Shown here in pieces: positions 8,917 through 16,589 of a stretch of DNA of 56,721 bases (the stretch's first letter is position 1; each line of letters begins with the position of its first letter). Under the pieces are notes generated by a model that was not told where the DNA came from, did no database searches, and saw nothing but the letters and a program-made list of their open reading frames with translations. Source of the stretch: an uncultured Bdellovibrio sp. Its GTDB lineage: Bacteria; Bdellovibrionota; Bacteriovoracia; Bacteriovoracales; Bacteriovoracaceae. The DNA lies in NCBI GenBank assembly GCA_964359085.1, contig CAYHRT010000001.1, forward strand, positions 1-56,721, written 5' to 3'. The position numbers and the translations under genes were made by a program.

Positions 8917-10017
8917 ATGTCCGCTGGGAGTATTAGTATTGAAGTGCCAAATTTAGGTGAATCAATCGATGAAGCAGTTATTGTCCAGTGGTTAACCAAG
9001 GAAGGTGATCCAGTTAAAAAAGGTGATGTCATTCTTGAATTGGAATCTGATAAGGCCAATGTTGAAATTCATTCCCCCGAATCTGGAATATTACACGTCA
9101 AAGCGGAAGTTGGGCGTACTGTGAAAATAGGACAGCAAGTTGGAGAAATTGGGCCCGTTTCTGAATCTTCAAATGTAAAGCCAAAGTTAGATACTAATAT
9201 TATTTCAGATAATAAATTGGCCACTCCAGAACCTAAAGCAGAAATACAAGCGAAAAAACAGTTTCTCAATGATTCCCAATGGAGCGAAGAAATTAGTCCC
9301 TTTGTTAAAACCATGGCAAAAAGATTGCTAAAAGCGCAGCAGGAGTCTGTTGCCGCGACAACTTATAATGATGTGGACATGTCAAAGATAATTTCTCTGC
9401 GAGAAAAGCTCAAGACCGAATTTCATGAGAAATATGGCGTAAAATTAGGGTTTATGCCTTTTTTCTGCGACGCTGTTGTTATGACTCTAAAAGAATTTCC
9501 AATTCTAAATGCACAAATGAATGAGCATGAAATTATCTTTAATAAAAAGGTTCATTTAGGCATTGCCATTAGTCGGGAAAAAGGTCTGGTGGTTCCCGTC
9601 ATCAATAATTCAGATGAAATGAGTTATTCCGAGTTCGAAAAAGTAATTGCACAACAAGCTGACAAGGCATCCAAAGGGAATTTGGATTTAGCAGAACTAT
9701 CTGGAGGCACATTTACAATTACTAACGGGGGAATGTTCGGGTCGTTGTTTTCAACTCCTCTCTTAAATCCTCCTCAGGTCGGCATTTTAGGCATGCATCG
9801 TATTGATTATCGTCCTGTGGCGATAAAAAATGAGAAGGAGGTATATCAACTACAAATCAGGCCAATGATGTATTTGGCGCTAACCTATGATCATCGTTTG
9901 GTTGAAGGTAAATTAGCAGTCCAATTCTTGTCACGTCTTAAAGAAAACTTAGAAAATATAGACGAAAAAAAGATTTTTCGGGAAGAAACAAAGGATCAAG
10001 CACAGGAAAAAAGTTAG
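8917..10017 (+). CDS. sucB: dihydrolipoyllysine-residue succinyltransferase (E2o), apparently lacking a peripheral-subunit-binding domain
   Basis: 366 aa, starting 4 nt after the sucA stop. Lipoyl site [10 protein letters not shown]. The catalytic domain carries [10 protein letters not shown] and YDHRLVEG (canonical motif DHRxxDG). The linker at about residues 80-125 has no GxGxxGRI-type PSBD motif. Confidence 0.9.
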   Translation: MSAGSISIEVPNLGESIDEAVIVQWLTKEGDPVKKGDVILELESDKANVEIHSPESGILHVKAEVGRTVKIGQQVGEIGPVSESSNVKPKLDTNIISDNKLATPEPKAEIQAKKQFLNDSQWSEEISPFVKTMAKRLLKAQQESVAATTYNDVDMSKIISLREKLKTEFHEKYGVKLGFMPFFCDAVVMTLKEFPILNAQMNEHEIIFNKKVHLGIAISREKGLVVPVINNSDEMSYSEFEKVIAQQADKASKGNLDLAELSGGTFTITNGGMFGSLFSTPLLNPPQVGILGMHRIDYRPVAIKNEKEVYQLQIRPMMYLALTYDHRLVEGKLAVQFLSRLKENLENIDEKKIFREETKDQAQEKS

Positions 10018-10034
10018 CGCGAAAGTTCCGGGTG

Positions 10035-10072
10035 CCTGACGCTCTACCCCTGGTACCTCGCACCACAATTGC
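10035..10072 (+). repeat. imperfect direct repeat, copy 1 (cctgacgctctacccc..caccacaatt)
   Basis: Matches 11012-11050 at most positions. Cores of 16 nt and 10 nt are identical. TATAAT lies about 35 nt downstream of both copies. Confidence 0.75.
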
Positions 10073-10201
10073 GTCATAAAATACCATATTCACTTTGCAA
10101 TAGTGATTATAATCTAGATTTGGGTTAAAATGTTTAGAAATTGATGGAGTTATTATTTTATATCCTTGCTTTCTTAAAACAATATATGACAGGTAGGAAA
10201 T

Positions 10202-10591
10202 ATGAGAATTTTCGTATTTATTTTTTGGATAGTTTCAACATCAAATTACGCCTCTGAAATATTTAACTGTTATCAAGCAGGGAGCAACTCGATTACATAT
10301 GACCCATATTACAAACACATGTTTATCACTTCTGCCGAAATTAAAAGTGTCACCGAAAGTAAAGTTACCTTTGTTGTAAATGAAAAAAATGCCCTGCTTA
10401 AGGGAAATAATGGCAATGGTATAAAACTAACTCGTTTTGGTGAGTCATTCATAGAGGACACAGGCACTAATCTCATTTTGTGGAAGCTACTCAAAAACTC
10501 AGTAAATAAAAAGGAAACTTATCTTTTTTCAATGAAAGCATATGATTCAGCTGGCCCCTCAAGCTATACAACACTTTATAGATGTAATTAA
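10202..10591 (+). CDS. small secreted hypothetical protein
   Basis: 129 aa. Signal peptide MRIFVFIFWIVSTSNYA. aggaaa lies upstream of the ATG. Confidence 0.55.
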   Translation: MRIFVFIFWIVSTSNYASEIFNCYQAGSNSITYDPYYKHMFITSAEIKSVTESKVTFVVNEKNALLKGNNGNGIKLTRFGESFIEDTGTNLILWKLLKNSVNKKETYLFSMKAYDSAGPSSYTTLYRCN

Positions 10592-10605
10592 TCAAAGGAA
10601 ATTGA

Positions 10606-10959
10606 ATGGCTACGAAGTTAAGACTTGTTACACTCATCTTGTTTTGGTGCTTGCCATGTGTTTGTTTTGCATCGTTAATTGATAAAATTGAGAAGAAGTG
10701 TGAAGCATCATCAATAGATAAAAATCAGATCGATTGCATCTACAAAGTTGGACATAACCTTGAGATAGAAGTGGTTGGTATCGGTGACTCTCAGGCATCA
10801 ATTGTTTTTAACAAGGTTAATGACAAGGACTACGTCGTTAAGTACCAGACATCACCAAAGTGCATGCTGGTCGGTTCAAGAAAATACCCTGACAACATTT
10901 TCATCTCGCCAAGAAGTGGAAAACTATTCTCAGATGTGACAGCTTGTCAGCTAAATTAA
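10606..10959 (+). CDS. small secreted hypothetical protein
   Basis: 117 aa. Signal peptide ..LPCVCFASL. aaggaaattgaATG context. Sits 14 nt after the previous gene. Confidence 0.55.
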   Translation: MATKLRLVTLILFWCLPCVCFASLIDKIEKKCEASSIDKNQIDCIYKVGHNLEIEVVGIGDSQASIVFNKVNDKDYVVKYQTSPKCMLVGSRKYPDNIFISPRSGKLFSDVTACQLN

Positions 10960-11011
10960 TTGATGGCCATTAATTTGGATAACACAATAATTGGCACGTA
11001 AGTGCAAGATA

Positions 11012-11050
11012 CCTGACGCTCTACCCCGAGTAGCAGTCACCACAATTAGC
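11012..11050 (+). repeat. imperfect direct repeat, copy 2
   Basis: See 10035-10072. Together the two copies bracket the two small secreted-protein genes. Confidence 0.75.
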
Positions 11051-11166
11051 TACGTTTCATTTGTGAAAGTTTAGACCAGTTTATAATCACTTTTCCTTCA
11101 TTTTAATCTTTTTTAGAGGAAAATGTGTCAAGTTTTGACAATACCTCACTCCCCAGAATTACTGCA

Positions 11167-11195
11167 TTGACTATTTACCGTATTTACGGTATTGT
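11167..11195 (+). promoter_or_regulatory. candidate sigma-70 promoter (TTGACT-17-TATTGT) with a palindromic operator in the spacer
   Basis: ttgact at 11167-11172, a 17-nt spacer, then tattgt at 11190-11195. The palindrome TACCGT-ATTT-ACGGTA at 11176-11191 overlaps the -10. It lies about 45 nt upstream of ATG 11242. Confidence 0.45.
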
Positions 11196-11241
11196 GCGAT
11201 ATGGACCGGTGCGTGTTCATATCGAGGGAAGGAGACCTCAA

Positions 11242-11625
11242 ATGAACGCTCAGACACTAGCTGATGAAGAATTTAGTCAGGAATTGTACAAAAAGCAAAA
11301 GATACTGGATCGGCTTAAATTTTGTATTGAGTCCGAACGATACAAGATTTGGAGGAGAAGTAAGGATGGGAAGACCAATCTCCCCCCGTTGGCGCTGAAA
11401 CCGATTTTGGGATTACCAGATGAACATACGGTTCAGAAGGTTAGAAGACAAAGTGGTGGCAATGGCTCCTACGAATGTTACGAAATGGTTTATAACGCCG
11501 TATTGTATGGCAAGGAAATGGAAATTTACTTTAAGGGATACTTTAACAAAAAAGAAACTGGTAATGGAAAACTACTGACAGTCAGTATCGAAGTTCAATC
11601 GGTGCGCGATAACAAAATTAAATAG
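11242..11625 (+). CDS. small cytoplasmic protein, possible MqsR-like toxin (tentative)
   Basis: The track ORF starts at GTG 11125 and would cover the promoter. ATG 11242 has aggag 7 nt upstream and gives 127 aa. The C-terminal pattern YECYEMVYNAVLYGKEMEIYFKGYF..LLTVSIEVQS loosely resembles the MqsR core. The gene order, toxin first and then a zinc-ribbon partner, matches mqsRA. Confidence 0.45.
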   Translation: MNAQTLADEEFSQELYKKQKILDRLKFCIESERYKIWRRSKDGKTNLPPLALKPILGLPDEHTVQKVRRQSGGNGSYECYEMVYNAVLYGKEMEIYFKGYFNKKETGNGKLLTVSIEVQSVRDNKIK

Positions 11626-11643
11626 GGTGAAGGAATTTTGGCA

Positions 11644-12318
11644 ATGAAAGCTAAAAATGTTACAGCGTCCTGTCATACTTGCCCAGAATGTGAAGGCCGC
11701 AATGTCAAAAGTGGCCCAATCGAACTTAAATTTGATCGCCATATCTTCAAGGCCAGAACCGAAGTCTGTAGAGATTGTGGCAACTACTTGACCTCGCCTC
11801 AATTTGAAAAAAAATTGGAGGAATGGACGAAAAATCTTGGAGCCAACTTCCACCAATATCAGCCAGCCGTTTCAAAAGAAATTTATGAAGACCTTGAAAA
11901 ACTATCTCATCAGCACGGAGTCAAGCCCGCAGTTATGGCCAAAATTATCACCACTGTCTACCTGGAACGTTCAAGAACGACTGAGGGATATGCGGCCTTG
12001 AAGAAATTTATTTTTGATTCAAACACTTTTGCCAAACTAGATAGCGGTAAAAAAGAACGAATATCGATTCCTGTTAAATACGAAATCTACAAGGAGATTC
12101 AGAACTTTGCCCAGATTTGGAATCTCAAAAGCGACACTGAGGTCTTAGCTGAGGCAATCAATTTTTGTGTTGTTCTCCTTTGCCATAGCACTGCTCTCGG
12201 CGAGGAATTCAAACTTGAAATTCGCAAAATTAAAGAATTAGCTACCGTTCGAAATAGTGCCCCTCATATCAAGAAAGTCATTGAATCTGACGTACGCTAT
12301 ATTGCAAAAGCCGCTTAG
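11644..12318 (+). CDS. YgiT/MqsA-type zinc-ribbon protein with unrelated C-terminal domain (possible antitoxin)
   Basis: ATG 11644, with gaagga upstream. N-terminus CHTCPECEG..(26 aa)..CRDCGNYL matches the CxxC..CxxC YgiT-type finger. I cannot recognise an HTH in the C-terminal part of about 160 aa. Confidence 0.6.
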   Translation: MKAKNVTASCHTCPECEGRNVKSGPIELKFDRHIFKARTEVCRDCGNYLTSPQFEKKLEEWTKNLGANFHQYQPAVSKEIYEDLEKLSHQHGVKPAVMAKIITTVYLERSRTTEGYAALKKFIFDSNTFAKLDSGKKERISIPVKYEIYKEIQNFAQIWNLKSDTEVLAEAINFCVVLLCHSTALGEEFKLEIRKIKELATVRNSAPHIKKVIESDVRYIAKAA

Positions 12319-12495
12319 GAGTCGCGCATAAATAAATGTTACAGGTCGCGCCCAGATTTTAGTTAGATTTGAACGCGAAGATTGAGAAAAATGCGAGGAA
12401 TGGCAGGGCCATTTCGCGTATTTTTCGATTGAGAAGCGTTCAAAGATGACTGAAAGATGGGATGCGAGATGTAACATTTATTTATGCGCGACTCC
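12318..12495 (+). repeat. Family-A long-hairpin intergenic element, copy 2 (178 nt)
   Basis: 12318-12343 (ggagtcgcgcataaataaatgttaca) is the exact reverse complement of 12470-12495. The interior is homologous to 607-743. The element exactly fills the gap between two convergent stop codons. Confidence 0.9.
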
Positions 12496-15400
12496 TTAGC
12501 GCGCAGTCAGACTCAAAATATTTTCATACACCACATCATCGCCATAAAAAACTTGCAGGTTGAGCTTAAACGGCTTCTTTTTGGCCTTTGCCTTAAATTG
12601 GTAAGCAAGTTTCAATGCTACTTTTTCACCTCGGCCGATGGAATCGGTATTCAATTCTGCGCGCACGATCTTGAGCAGGCTGCCTGTCTCTTCATCATGC
12701 GAGGTCAGTTTCACGCGATAACCAGATGGCACGTTATCGCGCAAACCTGTTAACACCGTTTCAACTTCATGAATGCGATACTTCCACTTAAATGGCCAAA
12801 ATCCCCAATCGCGCCACTTCGGCTTGGCCTCAAAATTGACCGCAGCACTGATACCTGGGTTTACCTTCACTACGCCTTCGTATGCAATGGGAAGGCGCAG
12901 CTCTCGGGTCACACCATCACCGGGAACAAGCACATGACCTTTTAACCAGAATTTTTCGCCTGGAACAGCATCCTCGCCGATCTGGGCGGCCAAGACATCG
13001 TGCAGTTCAATTACGTGCTGGGAAGGAAGTTCGCGCAATTCGCTGGACTGGGCCTTCATTTCTATATTGCGACTTTTTTCTGAAATTGCTAGGCGACCTA
13101 GAGTAGGAGACAGTGCCACACCACCAGCATTGTATAAATTTATCCCAAGTGCCAGCTGTGCTCCTTGAATTGGGCCTCTGGAATCGTTGGAGATGATCAA
13201 GGCACTGTTGGCGGCCATTAGACGAACAAGGGCGTGGGTGTTAGCAAAATTTTGCGCTTGCTCGCGGCCCTTGGCAAAAGCGCGCGCCTCAGCACCGGGA
13301 AGTGTTTCTGCGAAGCCAATACGCTGCCCATCCTCCTCACCTTTAGCGCGAATTTCGCGCACACCACGTGCACGCGCTTCTGCGTATACCACCACTCGCG
13401 ATTCTTCTTTGGAGACAACAAAGAGATTGTTTTTGTTTTTGATAAAGTTTTTATCAAAATTATGGCGCCATTGCCCGGGATAGTTCAGGGTGAAATTCTG
13501 CCAATGGGCCTCGGTCGCCCCTTGGTTAAAACCGCCATTGTAGGATTCTTCGCAGGCACGCAGATAATCAGCAACTTTTTTATAGACACTGCTGCAATCA
13601 CGCCCACTAACATCGATCGGAATGACACCTGCGCCTTGGTAGGCAACTCTTGTGTCAGAAAAATTCTGACGTGGATCGCGATAGCGCTCAATGTCCTGTT
13701 CTATTTTGAGAATAACCTGATTGACTGCCGAAATAATTTCTTTGGCGGCGGCGATTTCTTCCGGTGACAACTCTGTTTCATCAGTGCTCTCAAGTAATTC
13801 TTTTGTAATAATATTTTTCTCATCATTCTTATTCATTGCTAATGCTTTCAACGTACCATTGCTTAGAACTACACGTGATCTCGGAACTGCCGCCAAAATT
13901 TCTTGCATCCGTTCGGCATAACCCATCGGAACATGGGTGCGCTCCGCCTGTTCTTCGGCCTGGCGACGTCCGAGTTCAAAACCTACCGCATAAGCTTCAT
14001 CGTAATCTACCTTGGAATTTAATCCATCGGCATAACCGGTTTCATCACCGACTAATTTTCCACGCAAGAGTCCGCGCCAACGTCCATCCAACTCGGCCGC
14101 AATCAAACCATACTTGAGACCATTGAGTTCGCCTAAGCGGCGGGCCTCGGCTTCACCCAGCGGTTTGCCTTTGCCACTGCCGACCGGCCGACCTTGCTTG
14201 AATCCAAGATCGCGAGCAGCGGCGAGATATTGTTGGTAACGATTATAGCGCTCTTGATAGGCAGCAAATTTCTCCGCAGTGATGCGCTCTACCGTTTTCG
14301 CCACTTGATCAGCGTCATTAAAAATCTTTTGCAACTGCTGCAGTTCCCCTTGGAATTGCGTCAATTCGCGCTGACGGACGGCGATTAAATTTTGAAATTG
14401 AGAAATATTCGAGCGCGACTCCCGAATCAGCGTTTCAAATTCTACGATGGCCGACTCTCTTGCGGCACGCTCCTGAATCAACTCGGCCCGTAGTGTTTCC
14501 ACTTCACGGCGAACACGTTCATTTTGCTCCAGCAGCGCCAACAGGCGCGAACGTTCATTTTCCAAGGTGCGAACAGCTTGCTGAAGTTGCGCCACTTTCT
14601 GTTCGGCGCGAACGACTTGCTCACGCGCACTTTGAACTGCTGAGGCATATTGGGAGACCTGGCGCTGTAACTCACGCACCTGATTTTGCAGTTGAACTAA
14701 AAACTCGCGCAATTGACCGAGACGTACTTCCATCTGGCGGGTGCGCGCTTCCGATTGAGCGAGTGTGCGCGCCATTTCTCGTACCCGTTCCTCCGTTTGA
14801 AGAACAGCTTGGGTGGCATGCTGTGATTCCACTTCTCGCTGTTGTAAGCGTCTGCCGCTCTCCTGCACTTCCTGCGCCACGCTGTTTCTTCGTACTTCTC
14901 CTTCTCGTATATTTTGTTCTGCGCGAGTCACTTCTGCTTGCCCTCGCGCCACACTCTGCTGGGCCCGCGCGATTGCACTATTGGCCTCTGTGAGACTGCG
15001 CTCAACTTGTTGCAACTCTGCAAGCAAGGTCGGACGACGCGTCTCAAGCTCGCGCTTTTGCCCTTCAAGTTTAGCACGCTCTTGCGCCAAAGAATTCAAT
15101 TCTTGCTGAACTCCACCAAGCTGCTTATTGGCCTCTCCGTGCGCCTGCCTTTTAAGCGCCAGTGCTTCTCTTAAGCCACGTACTTCGGCCTGCAAGCGTT
15201 CATTGTCTGCCCGCAAGGCGCGAATTTTGGCCTGGACCTCGGGAGTTTGTTCTCCCTGAGATAACTCTTTAAGCAGTTCGGCGTTTCTTTTCATGGTGGC
15301 CATCAAAGGTTCCATGACATTTTGACCTAAACGAATTTCTTCCGCCAAACTTGCAATCTGTGCTTGCAGTTCTCTTTCACGCCCTTTTAACTGGCGTTCA

Positions 15401-16347
15401 TGCTCTGGCAGGCGCGCCAGGGTTTCGGCGATTTGTCGTATTTGCCCATCGAGACCCGACAGTTGTGTGTTAATATTTTGCTTTTGCCGCTCGAGTTCAC
15501 GCACCTGATTCTGGCTGGCCAGTAATTCTTGCTTCGATGTTTCCCACTGAGCGCGAGCGCGCTCTAGCGCCTCTCTTGCTGGCGCAATTTCTTGCTCAAT
15601 TTGCCTCAGGCGCGCCTCATTTTGGGCGTGCAACTGGCGCTGTTGCTGAAGCATGGCCTTAAGTTGTCGATCTTGCTCGCGCAACCCGATCAAAGTATTT
15701 TCCAGGGCACTTCGCTCACGTGCCAGTTGCTCAAGCTCGCGCAGGAGCTGCTGGCGCTCGGCAATTAGATTGGCCTCATCGCTGCGAGTTTGGCGCAACT
15801 GCCCTTCCTTTGCATGCAGCTCGCCTTGGGCCAGGGCCTCTGCCCGCTCCACCTGGCGCAGCTCTTCGCGCTCCCGTTCTAACCGCTCAATTTCCCGTTG
15901 TAGATTGAGGCCCTCTGCCTCAAGACGGGTACGGATGTCTCTTTCACTATTTTGCAAACGCCCCTGCTCCACTATTAAATTGCTTAAACGGCCCTCGGCG
16001 CGTGGGATTTCCTCTCTAAGTCGCTGAATCTGGCCGCGATGATTGGCAATTTCGTTCTCGGAGTGGGTGATGGTTTGTTGGTTTGCCTGAATCGCCTCAT
16101 GATGGGAGCGAAGTTCCCCTTGGTGATGACTGATCTGACCTTCTTTGGAGCGAACATTCGCCAGCGCCTCATTGGCATCTTCACGTTTGTCGTCCGAAAT
16201 CGCTTTGGCCGCCAAATAGCGCTGATAATAAGTATCTTTATCAATCTCATCGGGAAGGGCACCAAAGGCCTTGCCTAAGAATAGGATTGTGAGGCCCAGC
16301 ATGGCCAAAATAAAGAAATGAAAGCGCAAATTATTTATCGCCGACAT
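12496..16347 (-). CDS. very large (1283 aa) exported or membrane-anchored coiled-coil protein
   Basis: N-terminal hydrophobic anchor FHFFILAMLGLTILFLGKAFG. About 650 aa of Q/E/R/L/A-rich heptad-like sequence, then a globular C-terminal part of about 550 aa. GC-rich relative to its neighbours. Confidence 0.85.
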   Translation of the reverse strand: MSAINNLRFHFFILAMLGLTILFLGKAFGALPDEIDKDTYYQRYLAAKAISDDKREDANEALANVRSKEGQISHHQGELRSHHEAIQANQQTITHSENEIANHRGQIQRLREEIPRAEGRLSNLIVEQGRLQNSERDIRTRLEAEGLNLQREIERLEREREELRQVERAEALAQGELHAKEGQLRQTRSDEANLIAERQQLLRELEQLARERSALENTLIGLREQDRQLKAMLQQQRQLHAQNEARLRQIEQEIAPAREALERARAQWETSKQELLASQNQVRELERQKQNINTQLSGLDGQIRQIAETLARLPEHERQLKGRERELQAQIASLAEEIRLGQNVMEPLMATMKRNAELLKELSQGEQTPEVQAKIRALRADNERLQAEVRGLREALALKRQAHGEANKQLGGVQQELNSLAQERAKLEGQKRELETRRPTLLAELQQVERSLTEANSAIARAQQSVARGQAEVTRAEQNIREGEVRRNSVAQEVQESGRRLQQREVESQHATQAVLQTEERVREMARTLAQSEARTRQMEVRLGQLREFLVQLQNQVRELQRQVSQYASAVQSAREQVVRAEQKVAQLQQAVRTLENERSRLLALLEQNERVRREVETLRAELIQERAARESAIVEFETLIRESRSNISQFQNLIAVRQRELTQFQGELQQLQKIFNDADQVAKTVERITAEKFAAYQERYNRYQQYLAAARDLGFKQGRPVGSGKGKPLGEAEARRLGELNGLKYGLIAAELDGRWRGLLRGKLVGDETGYADGLNSKVDYDEAYAVGFELGRRQAEEQAERTHVPMGYAERMQEILAAVPRSRVVLSNGTLKALAMNKNDEKNIITKELLESTDETELSPEEIAAAKEIISAVNQVILKIEQDIERYRDPRQNFSDTRVAYQGAGVIPIDVSGRDCSSVYKKVADYLRACEESYNGGFNQGATEAHWQNFTLNYPGQWRHNFDKNFIKNKNNLFVVSKEESRVVVYAEARARGVREIRAKGEEDGQRIGFAETLPGAEARAFAKGREQAQNFANTHALVRLMAANSALIISNDSRGPIQGAQLALGINLYNAGGVALSPTLGRLAISEKSRNIEMKAQSSELRELPSQHVIELHDVLAAQIGEDAVPGEKFWLKGHVLVPGDGVTRELRLPIAYEGVVKVNPGISAAVNFEAKPKWRDWGFWPFKWKYRIHEVETVLTGLRDNVPSGYRVKLTSHDEETGSLLKIVRAELNTDSIGRGEKVALKLAYQFKAKAKKKPFKLNLQVFYGDDVVYENILSLTAR

Positions 16348-16371
16348 AGATCACTCCCTTCATCGTTCAGT

Positions 16372-16386
16372 CGGCACCCAAATTGC
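16372..16386 (+). promoter_or_regulatory. candidate sigma-54 (-24/-12) promoter
   Basis: cGGCACccaaaTTGC has the consensus GG-N10-GC spacing. It lies about 200 nt upstream of ATG 16590. Confidence 0.35.
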
Positions 16387-16589
16387 CTACATCGGCACAA
16401 TTCGTAAAGCCCTTTGCTTACACCACAGTAAGAAACTGCGCCACATGGAGCAGTCCCGAACCTGGATTTAATCTTGATTTAATCCGGGCCTCACTGTTAT
16501 GAACTGTAAAAAATTCATCGTTGGTCCTTTTGGATACTGCTTATCCTTTGTTTTTAGTAGGATTCGGTGCTTTTTACAAAGGGGTGTGC

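Noticed and set aside
10035-10072. Direct-repeat core (reverse complement GGGGTAGAGCGTCAGG) as a tRNA fragment or att site
   Set aside because: It resembles a tRNA D-arm (GGTAGAGCG). However, no acceptor stem, anticodon stem or T-arm can be drawn in either copy, and no intact tRNA is nearby.
10991-11005. tggcacgtaagtgca as a sigma-54 promoter
   Set aside because: The GG to GC spacing is one nucleotide short of consensus, and the -12 element reads GTGC rather than TTGC.
10018-11100. Integron-type gene cassettes with attC sites
   Set aside because: The repeats lack the paired RYYYAAC/GTTRRRY core sites and the imperfect-palindrome organisation of attC. No IntI-type integrase gene is adjacent.
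12238-12753. Track ORFs 12238..12477 (-) and 12484..12753 (+)
   Set aside because: Both are translations of the family-A copy 2 hairpin or antisense to the 3' end of the 1283-aa gene. Neither has an RBS or a family resemblance.
13187-16278. Many 60-180-aa ORFs antisense or out of frame within the coiled-coil gene
   Set aside because: These are artefacts of GC-rich, repetitive CAG/CTG/GCG codon usage. The sense frame is uninterrupted for 1283 codons.
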